Source: an uncultured Eubacteriales bacterium (GTDB taxonomy: Bacteria > Bacillota > Clostridia > Lachnospirales > Lachnospiraceae). Taken from it: DNA of 48,633 bases. The notes beneath the pieces are model-generated. The model did not search any database, had not been told where the DNA came from, and saw nothing but the letters and a program-made list of their open reading frames with translations. Numbering within the stretch: the first letter of the stretch is position 1; every line of letters starts with the position of its first letter. The translations under genes and the position numbers were made by a program. The stretch lies in contig ONVB01000206.1 of assembly GCA_900321145.1 (NCBI GenBank), forward strand, positions 1 through 48,633. Direction: 5' to 3'. Below, piece after piece: positions 29,324-38,174 of the stretch.

Positions 29324-31114
29324 ATGAACAATAACAAGCTCTATCCATTTGAGAGAAACAGGTACTATGCGGGCAAGATGCTCACAAGTTCCGATTTTCA
29401 GACGGAACAGACTTACTTTAACAACAAGAGACGCTTTTTGAATACTTTGATGTACGGCTCGGGTGTTGTATGCGGTCTCGGTGTTTTCTCTTTGGACGAC
29501 CTCTCAATCTTGGTTGAGAGCGGTGTGGCCATAGACGGTATGGGAAGAGAGATCGTGATCGAGTCTTCCGTCGTAAAGAAGCTTTCCGCGGTTGACGGCT
29601 TTGAGAAGCTTAAGAGCAATGATGTGTCGCTGTGCCTTTCGTATCAGGAGAAGGAAGTGCACACGGTCTATGCGATCAACCAGGTAAATACAGACAGAGA
29701 GTATGAGTATAACCGTATCTCGGAGGGTTACAGGCTCTTCCTCATCGACAAGTCCGATATACCGCTTTCTTTCGAGCTTGAATCAGAATTCCTTGCAAAA
29801 GGTGAGCTTTTTGCAGATGAAAACTTCCGCGCAGAGATAATGATGCCGGCGACTGTGAGTCGCGGCAAGAATGTAAAGGCAGTCATAAGAGTGACCAAGC
29901 TTTCGGACAAGGATGTCAGGTTCTCTTATCATGCAAACCTCCAGATACCGGCCTTCAATGCACCGGACGGCACAAGGGAGATTGAGATAGCTATAGACGA
30001 TCTTATACTCGATCCCGGCAAGACCAAGGATTTTGACTATTGGATGATAGTGGATGACACTCCGGCCATCGAGACCAATGTCATCTTAAAGAGCGGTTCG
30101 GCAGTAGCTTACGAAAACGGCGAGCCGATCACGGCACCGGGTAACTTTACCTTAAGGGTTCTTCTTTCGGACGCAAAGCCGAGAGAACTCGTTACCACAG
30201 AGATAGGTCGCATGAACCTTGAGATGATGGGAATAGGAACCCAGGGTGATTATATAAGACTTGCCGACTTAAAGCTTGTAAGAACGGATCAGGCTTATAT
30301 CATAGAGCAGGTAAACGAGAACAGGATAAAGAAGTACGTGACAGCGCCCTCACAGGAGCTTTTGCGCGAAGGTTATATGGAGTTCTTCACCAAGGAAGCC
30401 GATATAGCTCCGGGCGTAGTTCAGGTGAGCAGCGATGTGGCAGAGCGTCCCGGAAGAAATATCGATATCAGGCAGCCGCAGCTTGCTACAGGCGTACTCG
30501 AGATACCTCTCGGTGAGAATCCGAGAAAGGGAGAGATATACTATTCCGGCGAGATCATGCACGGTCTCGGACGGGGCAATGTTTATGTGGAGGTCGGCTA
30601 CGAATTCCTCAACGAAGACGATTCTATATCGTCAAGTTCGAAGAGCACCATCTTCGGCAATCCGGAATTCTTTAACGGCGAACAGATGACCGTTGTAAAT
30701 GCCGAGACGGCGATCAGAGTATTGAATGATAAGGGAAGCTTTATAGTAGCGGCCAAGCTTCTTGAAAATGTAGATTATCTTATGCTCACATACCGCTGGG
30801 TAGCGGTTAAGTTCCCGGCAGGAAATGACCTCGAGCTTGAGGAGGATGTGACAGGCAAGAGTATTTCGGCCATTACACCTACCGTTGTTCTCGGAACCAA
30901 GGAGAGTCATTTCTTCGGAGTTGAATATCACAATATGGATGCGGTTTCCATCGCATACGAGCTCACCGAGCCCGGAAGCGGTGAGATCACCGCAGACGGT
31001 ATATACACTGCACCGAACAAGGAAGGCGTATACGAGATATGTATCTACTGCACGGATATGCCTATCATATGCACCTACGCTTATGCGATAGTAAAGAAGA
31101 AGGGTCTGGAGTGA
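29324..31114 (+). CDS. CIS-associated baseplate-attached / tail-fibre-like protein
   Basis: N-terminus RNRYYAGKMLTSSDFQTEQTY...YGSGVVCGLGV...SGVAIDGMGREI matches the recurrent N-terminal motif of CIS/phage fibre-type proteins; Ig-like C-terminus (GEITADGIYTAP). Confidence 0.65.
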   Translation: MNNNKLYPFERNRYYAGKMLTSSDFQTEQTYFNNKRRFLNTLMYGSGVVCGLGVFSLDDLSILVESGVAIDGMGREIVIESSVVKKLSAVDGFEKLKSNDVSLCLSYQEKEVHTVYAINQVNTDREYEYNRISEGYRLFLIDKSDIPLSFELESEFLAKGELFADENFRAEIMMPATVSRGKNVKAVIRVTKLSDKDVRFSYHANLQIPAFNAPDGTREIEIAIDDLILDPGKTKDFDYWMIVDDTPAIETNVILKSGSAVAYENGEPITAPGNFTLRVLLSDAKPRELVTTEIGRMNLEMMGIGTQGDYIRLADLKLVRTDQAYIIEQVNENRIKKYVTAPSQELLREGYMEFFTKEADIAPGVVQVSSDVAERPGRNIDIRQPQLATGVLEIPLGENPRKGEIYYSGEIMHGLGRGNVYVEVGYEFLNEDDSISSSSKSTIFGNPEFFNGEQMTVVNAETAIRVLNDKGSFIVAAKLLENVDYLMLTYRWVAVKFPAGNDLELEEDVTGKSISAITPTVVLGTKESHFFGVEYHNMDAVSIAYELTEPGSGEITADGIYTAPNKEGVYEICIYCTDMPIICTYAYAIVKKKGLE

Positions 31115-31118
31115 TCAG

Positions 31119-31961
31119 ATGGTTTTTCAGTCACAGAAGATGCAGCTCAAGAGCGTCAGGGTAGTATTAAAGAATGCCGTAAATGAGCTGTATGTATGCA
31201 GAAATGTAAATGAGAGCGGCGGAGGTTTTTACTCCGTCATATGCGTAAAGGATCACGAGGTCGTAAAGCGCTTCCTTTCCATATGCGAGACCACAGAGGT
31301 CAAGGGTGACTTTTTTGTGGACTGCTTCTCGGACGGTGACAACCAGATTATCGTCTTCCCTTACAACAGGGAGAGAAATCTGTTTGATTTCTATCGCCCG
31401 GATGTTCTCTCGCTTTCGGAGTGTGAGGATGTATGCATAAATGTGATCATCGCATGCATGAGCGCAAGACTTCCATGGCAGCTTTTGTATCTCATCTTAA
31501 AGCAGAGACAACTTAATCTTTCGCGTGACGGTTCGGTATATCCCAGTTATTTTATGGATTTTTCCGAGCTTAAGGATGATGTTTCGGAGAAGGAATGCAC
31601 GGTAAAATGTGCCGAGATACTGCTTGAGCTTCTTCGCCCGAAGGAGGGCAGACAGGCTAACAGTTTGAAGCTCCTCGAAAAGAAAGTAGGCAAGCAGAGC
31701 TATACAAGGTTTGTCGAACTCTACAAGGATGTGCGTATCTCAGCTGCGCCTCGTGAGAAGGCCGGCTTGTGGAGGCGCATTAAAGCGTGGTTTTCGCGCA
31801 ACAAGGACAGGCTGTTCAGAGTGCTGCTTTGGATAAGCATCCTGCTTGCGCTTTTTGTGATACTGTCGTTTTTGACGCAGCTTATCTTCGGGGATGTCCC
31901 GTGGCTGAGACTGTTTATCAACAGCTTTGATGTCATAGGAACAGAGAGTCTGCTGCAGTAA
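31119..31961 (+). CDS. Membrane-anchored pseudokinase-like protein
   Basis: Kinase-like order of segments (IIVFPY..RNLFDF, LNLSRDGSVY) without HRD/DFG; C-terminal TM LLWISILLALFVILSFL. Confidence 0.45.
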   Translation: MVFQSQKMQLKSVRVVLKNAVNELYVCRNVNESGGGFYSVICVKDHEVVKRFLSICETTEVKGDFFVDCFSDGDNQIIVFPYNRERNLFDFYRPDVLSLSECEDVCINVIIACMSARLPWQLLYLILKQRQLNLSRDGSVYPSYFMDFSELKDDVSEKECTVKCAEILLELLRPKEGRQANSLKLLEKKVGKQSYTRFVELYKDVRISAAPREKAGLWRRIKAWFSRNKDRLFRVLLWISILLALFVILSFLTQLIFGDVPWLRLFINSFDVIGTESLLQ

Positions 31962-32003
31962 AACGGGGATAAACCGCAATGAACTAATAAGGATGGAGAG
32001 AGT

Positions 32004-34526
32004 ATGTCTAAAAGAGCAGTTACAATTTTGATCATATTATGGACACTGATGGGTGCTCTTGCCATGGTGTGGTATTTTGCACCGGCTGCCCAGCAGACCG
32101 ACGGTATAACCAGAGACGAGTCCTATGCTGTGACAGAAAAAAATGTGTATGTTTCTACCAATGTCGATCAACACGGTGTGATCTACAAGCTTACGCCCGG
32201 CGGAGCATTGGATGACAGTTTTCTTGCCAGAAGAAACAGTCTGTTAAAGAAGGTTACTTTTGATAAACTTGCGTATAAGGACAATCTGTATCTTTTATGC
32301 AGCGGAAGCTTTATAAACAGTGACGTATCGATGTCAGGGTATAAGATCATCAGATTTTCCGACGAGCTGATCCCTGCCAGAGACAGCGGCTGGTTTAAGC
32401 TTGATACGGGATTGACTGCCACCGGATTTACCGCGGATGAGGATAGACTGTATATAACCGCAGTCAGTACGGATCGTACGCAGCTCGCGGTATATGAGGT
32501 AAAGTTTGACGACTTAGTCGATATAAACAACGCAAAAGACTCCGACAACAAGTCGAAAAAGGATAAATCCAAGGATAACGAGGAAGAGTATATAACTCTT
32601 ACACCTGTCCAGACCGACGTTGCCGATACGGGCAGAAGGTATGCGGATGCCTGCTATGAGCCCGGAAAGCTTCATGTGCGTTATGACAACGAGAAGCTTT
32701 CACAGGATGAGTTTTTTGTTACCGACCGCAGTGCGGATGCGGCTTATGACAACTTCAAGATTCCGTCAAAGCTTATCAATCAGGAAAGAGGAATATATCC
32801 GGGACTTATCATACTTATATGGGTGATCGGTATCCCGGCGATCATTCTTCTGTGTGTTATCTTCCATCACAGAGGGCATTTTGTATATGCAGCACTGATA
32901 CTTACATTTGTCATAGCTCTTATAATAGTGACGGGAACTTATGCCACCTTCCTCACCAGAGCCACTATATGCGAGGATCAGTATTCGAGCTTTGCGTCAT
33001 ACGTGACGGGAAGTGTGTTTGAGAAGATAGACCTTTCGGCGGCTGCCGAGTCAATGGGCATAAAGGATAGGATATCCGAGGATACAACAGAGGCTCAGAT
33101 CGAGGCCAAGCAGAAGGCTTTCTATGACAGCAGCTACTGCAGTGAGATGCTCAAGGATATGGAGACTAAGATCAGGCTGTCAGATGAAGGCGAAGGTATA
33201 AAGGAATTCCTCCTGGTTAAGAGGTCCACCGGTGAGATAATCCTTTCAAGCGATAATGACAATCGTGACAGTGTGGAGCGAAAGCTCGGCAGGACAGCGG
33301 CCGAACTTGCCATGACCAACTCCTCGGGTTCGCATATTAGAGTTTCGGAGTATGGTAAAGGATCTTCGAGAGAGATATATCTTGCCAGAAGCCTGGATGA
33401 GGAAGGCTTATACGGATGCTCTCTTATAGCGGTTTGTGACTATGGCCAGGATGTCCTGGATATAGCCAAGAATAATAAGAAAGCGATAGATTCGGCGATA
33501 AGAGTATTTATAATAATCTCTTTGCTGATAATACTGATACTCTATCTACAGTCGAGAGATGTACATCTTATAGCACAGATGCTCAAGGCTATGGCCGAGG
33601 GAAAGACCGATATCAAGAAGCCGAATGTACGTGGCGGAGATCTTATCGCCATGAAGAACAGCGTATACGAGATCGAGAAGAATATAAAGAATGTCAACAG
33701 AGCCAAGTTTATGACCTTCGAGGCATATTACCGTTTCGCTCCGAAGTCCATAGAGAAGATACTCGGACGTAACTCCATAGTCGAGGTTGACGTGGGAGAC
33801 GATACGAGACTTATGGGTACAGTGGCTGTGGTTGCAACCAAGGGAAATGTGGTTACTTTCCCGGAGAGAACCAATCGACTGTTTGAGATATTTGAGGAGA
33901 GCAGGAAAGAGCACAACGGTATTTATATTACCTGTAACGAGACACTTTCATCCTCACGTTTCCTCTTCACAGAGAAGTACAGAGGTGCCGTTCCTTTCGG
34001 AGTAGAGGTGTTAAACGGTGCGAGAGAGCTTTCAAACCGAGAGTATACAAACACTCTGGTGCTGCTCCACTATACGCGCTTCTCCTACGGAGTTGTCGGC
34101 ACAAAGGAGCAGAGCGTGGCATATCTTGGCTCGAGTGAGCTTGAGACTCTGGTAGGTTATACGGACTGGCTCAGATCCTTGAGGCTTTCCTTTGTGGTAA
34201 CCGGAGCCGTTGTTGAGCATGAGCATTGCGGAGATACCAGATATATCGGATTTATCGTAGCCGGAGACAGGGTAAGGATAGATCTCTATGAGGTACTTAG
34301 CGGTTCGAGCGCAAGAGTCAAGGAAGCAAAGAAGAAGCTTGCGGCTTCTTTTGAGGCGGCATTGAAGCTTTTCTATGCACAGGATTTCTTCCTTGCAAGA
34401 AATGCATTTACCGATATTTTGAGAGATTTCCCGGAGGACGAGCTTGTAAAGTGGTACCTCTTCGAGTGTGAGTCGAGACTTAACGGTGATATAGACACCG
34501 ACTTCACGGGAGCTCTTCATATCTGA
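32004..34526 (+). CDS. Membrane sensor with HAMP and a degenerate class III nucleotide cyclase-like domain plus a TPR-like tail
   Basis: Four TM segments with extracellular domains; AYYRFAPKSIEKILGRNSIVEVDVGD is a typical cyclase pre-domain; IDLYEVL...FEAALKLFY...ARNAF...P.D...WYL tail; the catalytic Asp motifs are absent. Confidence 0.6.
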   Translation: MSKRAVTILIILWTLMGALAMVWYFAPAAQQTDGITRDESYAVTEKNVYVSTNVDQHGVIYKLTPGGALDDSFLARRNSLLKKVTFDKLAYKDNLYLLCSGSFINSDVSMSGYKIIRFSDELIPARDSGWFKLDTGLTATGFTADEDRLYITAVSTDRTQLAVYEVKFDDLVDINNAKDSDNKSKKDKSKDNEEEYITLTPVQTDVADTGRRYADACYEPGKLHVRYDNEKLSQDEFFVTDRSADAAYDNFKIPSKLINQERGIYPGLIILIWVIGIPAIILLCVIFHHRGHFVYAALILTFVIALIIVTGTYATFLTRATICEDQYSSFASYVTGSVFEKIDLSAAAESMGIKDRISEDTTEAQIEAKQKAFYDSSYCSEMLKDMETKIRLSDEGEGIKEFLLVKRSTGEIILSSDNDNRDSVERKLGRTAAELAMTNSSGSHIRVSEYGKGSSREIYLARSLDEEGLYGCSLIAVCDYGQDVLDIAKNNKKAIDSAIRVFIIISLLIILILYLQSRDVHLIAQMLKAMAEGKTDIKKPNVRGGDLIAMKNSVYEIEKNIKNVNRAKFMTFEAYYRFAPKSIEKILGRNSIVEVDVGDDTRLMGTVAVVATKGNVVTFPERTNRLFEIFEESRKEHNGIYITCNETLSSSRFLFTEKYRGAVPFGVEVLNGARELSNREYTNTLVLLHYTRFSYGVVGTKEQSVAYLGSSELETLVGYTDWLRSLRLSFVVTGAVVEHEHCGDTRYIGFIVAGDRVRIDLYEVLSGSSARVKEAKKKLAASFEAALKLFYAQDFFLARNAFTDILRDFPEDELVKWYLFECESRLNGDIDTDFTGALHI

Positions 34527-34561
34527 TAATAACTACTGACAAAGGCAGGTGAGAAAAATAA

Positions 34562-35803
34562 ATGGGCAATAATCTGTTCAGTGTAATGTGGAACGCCATT
34601 AAGGCGAGATTTACACGTATAGTTACAAAGATCAGGATGTTCACACGTAAGGATTACCTTAAGACACGTGTGATTGAGAAGCTTCGTCAGTTTTTTCAGC
34701 GCCTGTTTGACGTTAAACCGCGTGATAAGGATGACTATTATGGTGTCTTCGGATGGCTCGTGAGCAAAAAGCTTGCTTTTGCCATTGTTATCATAGTCGG
34801 TGTTTTGAGTTTCTTCTATGTGTATGTTACATATCCTTCTCTTTTCCCGGGAAGGAAGACTGAGAATATCAAGACATATTCATATAATTCGATACTCCTG
34901 AAGTTTGCTTCGGGCAATGTACGTATCAAGGGTAAGTCCGGATATCTTGCCTACGAGGGCGAGGTAAGCAAGGGTTACTGTAAGGGACAGGGTACTCTTT
35001 ATAACCCTCAGGGCAATGTGGTTTACCAGGGTGAATTCGAGAAAAGCAAGTACGAGAATCAGGGTACATTCTACTATCCCGACGGCACCATGCACTACAG
35101 CGGCAACTTCCACGAGAATCTTTTCTCCGGAACCGGCAGTCTCTACAGGACCAACGGCAGCATGGAGTACGAGGGGGATTTCCTTCTCGGTATGAAGGAG
35201 GGCAAGGGTAAGCTCTATGATATGGGCAAGAATGTCATCTATACCGGAACCTTCTCGCAGGATGATATCAAGTACAGTGAACTGATAGGTATGACATCAC
35301 AGGATGTTGCGGCGGCTTATACCGGTGACGTGCTTATGTATGATACCGGTCAGGACCGTGTCAGATATATGAGGGATATCGATGCCATTACCTTCGAGAC
35401 TGCCGCAGAGGACTCGGTAGAGGATGCGTTTGTTTCGGATAAGGTATATGTCTTAAAGAAGAGCATACGCTTCGGTGGTCAGGACTATGTAAGCTTAGAG
35501 GCCTTATCCAAGGTTCTCGGAAAACCTACCTACGAAGGTGTTGCAAGAGCCATACTTCCGGAGATCATAGCCATCAATTCGATCAATGAAAAGAGAGAGG
35601 CCTTCGGAGGTCCGGTGGAGATAACCACCAACGAAATGTATAAGGAATATGTCCAGGTCACGGATTATAATCGTGATTATGAGATATATCTTGTGAGCTT
35701 TAAGAAGGATGGTCTCGAGTATAATTTCGTGACCATGCCCGGAAGCGATTCATTTGAGTTCTATTACATCCTCCTTGAGGATATGAGCGATCTTGCAAAA
35801 TAA
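34562..35803 (+). CDS. Single-pass membrane protein with MORN repeats
   Basis: TM LAFAIVIIVGVLSFFYVYV followed by about five YxGxF/V...GxGxLY repeats. Confidence 0.8.
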   Translation: MGNNLFSVMWNAIKARFTRIVTKIRMFTRKDYLKTRVIEKLRQFFQRLFDVKPRDKDDYYGVFGWLVSKKLAFAIVIIVGVLSFFYVYVTYPSLFPGRKTENIKTYSYNSILLKFASGNVRIKGKSGYLAYEGEVSKGYCKGQGTLYNPQGNVVYQGEFEKSKYENQGTFYYPDGTMHYSGNFHENLFSGTGSLYRTNGSMEYEGDFLLGMKEGKGKLYDMGKNVIYTGTFSQDDIKYSELIGMTSQDVAAAYTGDVLMYDTGQDRVRYMRDIDAITFETAAEDSVEDAFVSDKVYVLKKSIRFGGQDYVSLEALSKVLGKPTYEGVARAILPEIIAINSINEKREAFGGPVEITTNEMYKEYVQVTDYNRDYEIYLVSFKKDGLEYNFVTMPGSDSFEFYYILLEDMSDLAK

Positions 35804-35823
35804 TTTTCCAAATATACAATATA

Positions 35824-35857
35824 TGTGACTTTTATGTGACTGTCACTGTTGTATCAT
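35824..35857 (+). promoter_or_regulatory. CIS promoter box 2
   Basis: TGTGACT-TTTA-TGTGACTGT-N8-TATCAT. Confidence 0.8.
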
Positions 35858-35949
35858 GCATGTAATGATACGGGGGTTGAGAAGTATCTTGGCCCCTGTA
35901 TCACATACTAAAGGCAGTGGACAGGGATCTATTTTGAGAAAGGCACTAT

Positions 35950-38127
35950 ATGAAAACATCGAAGGGTCACAATTTCATAAAAAGAATAATAGCTGCACTT
36001 GTTGCAGTTTGTTTTGTTTTTTGTCTTATCCCGGGTACAGCGGAGATGTCGGTGAGTGCTGCGAAGAATAGCGGTAAGCAGCTCAACCTGGTCACCGCGA
36101 TGAAGCTTGCGGTCGCCAACAGTGAGAAGATAGAGTCTATAGATATGCAGATAGACGCAAAGGAGGCTGCGAAGCAGTCAGCCATAAAATCACTGAATGC
36201 AAAGCAGAAGAATATGTCTACCTTACGGTGGTCGCCGCTTCTTAATTTCAAACTCCCGACGAAGCCGAAGGAGGCCCAGGCTTATGAATTCCAGTTCAAA
36301 CCCAAGATGCTTCAGAACGAAGTCGATGTATTAAAGCACAAGAAGGAAGCTCAAAAGGTTGAGGAGTATGCAAGCATAAGAAGCTACTTCGTTGAGATAG
36401 TGTCCTGTGAGAATATAATCTCTTTTAACGAGGAAAGATTAAAAGCATTAACCGAAGTAAAGAGAAAGCTTGAAGCCAAGCTAAGGCTCGGTAAGGCTCA
36501 GCAGGGCGATGTGGATAAGGTCGTATCCAAGATAGGAGAGCTTGAGACAAAGATCAGCAACGCAACCACAAAGAGAGAGAGAACGCTTAAAAAGCTTTCA
36601 AATGCCATAGGTATCGATGTCGGATACGGATATGTATTCGAAAACCCGTTCGTATCCTGCGAGATAGGAAGAACGGCTATTCCGTTCCTTGAGGATTATG
36701 CTGTAAAGAACGATCAAGGTTATTATGAAGCGAAAAATGATGCCGAGATGGAGCTTGTGTCATTAAATGTCAACTATAGTCTTATCTTAGGCAAGTACGG
36801 CGGTAACACGGCTCGCATTTCCTCATATGTTATGCAGGCTATGAACGGCGGATCGATAAATAAAAAGTCTTTCAAGAAGGATTATGACGGATTTCTCGAT
36901 AAGATAGACGAGCCGTGGAAAGGCGACTATAAGATCCTTTTCATCAGGTTTGCAAAGGAGAGATTAAAGGGAGATAACGACGGTATCAACTGGGTTGAAG
37001 ACGACCCTTACGTACTTTACAGTAACACTCTCGACTATATCTCTGCAAGAAAGGAAAAGGAGAATACCGAGCTTGACTTAAGAAGCAGCGTGGATGACGG
37101 CTTTGAAAACTACGCATCGGCGAGGACAGAGTACAGGAAGGCAAGTAAAGCTCTGGCCAAGGCAAAGGATGACCTTCTGATCGCGGAAGTTAAAAATGCG
37201 CTCGGAGAGCTCAATGACTCCGAGTATAATGATTTCGAAGAGACATATAATACGGCAAACACGGACGTGGAAGCAGCCCTGACTACCTACAGCCAGGTAA
37301 CCTACGAGCTTGACAAGACATCCTGCGGCGGGGTTTCCGCATACCTGGAGATGCAGGGTATCAACCTTAATTCTTCCGACAGTGAAGGTGCAAATGCTTT
37401 AAAGACTCTTGTGCCGGTTTATGAAGATGGGATCACATACACACTTGCATTTATCGGAGATAATAATCTCTTTGATCTGAGAATTGATGTACCGAGCGAT
37501 TTCTCGGTAGAGGATATAAATTATTATGAACTCTGGTGCAATAACGTACTTGTCGCTCCGAGATCATATATCAAGAATCCAATCAGGCAGCTTGCGGTAG
37601 CCATTCAGGGTATAGATAAGTGCGAGGTCAGGTTCTACAGGAATGCCACAGGATCTTCGCTGGAGGATTATATAGCCACCTCGGAGTTCGATCCTACGGT
37701 ACTGTCCGGACCACTTCCCTTCATAAAGGATTACAATACCTTTACCCAGGAGGGTATGGTCATAGGAAAGTACACCGTGAACAACGAGGCCAAGACCGGA
37801 AGCATCAAGCTGAAGCTTGAGCTTGATAATACATACGGAGTGGCAAAGTATGGTATAAGAGTAGGAAACATATATGCCGAGAACGGTGACTTAAGCTATA
37901 CTTCGGGCAATGAAAGCTACTTAAGAGAAGGTACGAGCAGCAAGTATATCGCAATCGACAAGGAATATACCTACCTCGATGCAGTAGGAGGCGGTCTTGC
38001 AAATGTAACGGTGGAGTTCACGGATGAGGGCGGAAACAAGCTCTTTGATGCGATACTCAAGGTAAGCGACCAGACAGTCATAGTTCCGAGATCGCAGCTG
38101 GAATATATCATGAATTATCAGGGGTAA
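35950..38127 (+). CDS. Exported TolC/outer-membrane-efflux-like coiled-coil protein with a C-terminal beta-rich extension
   Basis: Signal peptide; LNLVTAMKLAVANS start; two OEP-like repeats (EAKLRLGKAQQGDV and EVKNALGELNDSEY). Confidence 0.6.
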   Translation: MKTSKGHNFIKRIIAALVAVCFVFCLIPGTAEMSVSAAKNSGKQLNLVTAMKLAVANSEKIESIDMQIDAKEAAKQSAIKSLNAKQKNMSTLRWSPLLNFKLPTKPKEAQAYEFQFKPKMLQNEVDVLKHKKEAQKVEEYASIRSYFVEIVSCENIISFNEERLKALTEVKRKLEAKLRLGKAQQGDVDKVVSKIGELETKISNATTKRERTLKKLSNAIGIDVGYGYVFENPFVSCEIGRTAIPFLEDYAVKNDQGYYEAKNDAEMELVSLNVNYSLILGKYGGNTARISSYVMQAMNGGSINKKSFKKDYDGFLDKIDEPWKGDYKILFIRFAKERLKGDNDGINWVEDDPYVLYSNTLDYISARKEKENTELDLRSSVDDGFENYASARTEYRKASKALAKAKDDLLIAEVKNALGELNDSEYNDFEETYNTANTDVEAALTTYSQVTYELDKTSCGGVSAYLEMQGINLNSSDSEGANALKTLVPVYEDGITYTLAFIGDNNLFDLRIDVPSDFSVEDINYYELWCNNVLVAPRSYIKNPIRQLAVAIQGIDKCEVRFYRNATGSSLEDYIATSEFDPTVLSGPLPFIKDYNTFTQEGMVIGKYTVNNEAKTGSIKLKLELDNTYGVAKYGIRVGNIYAENGDLSYTSGNESYLREGTSSKYIAIDKEYTYLDAVGGGLANVTVEFTDEGGNKLFDAILKVSDQTVIVPRSQLEYIMNYQG

Positions 38128-38174
38128 ACATAAGTTACAATAAACAGGGAAAAGAAGCTGAACAGAGGTAAGAT

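Noticed and set aside
35856-36071. 71-aa ORF upstream of the TolC-like gene
   Set aside because: It starts inside the -10 of promoter box 2, has no RBS and overlaps the real gene out of frame.
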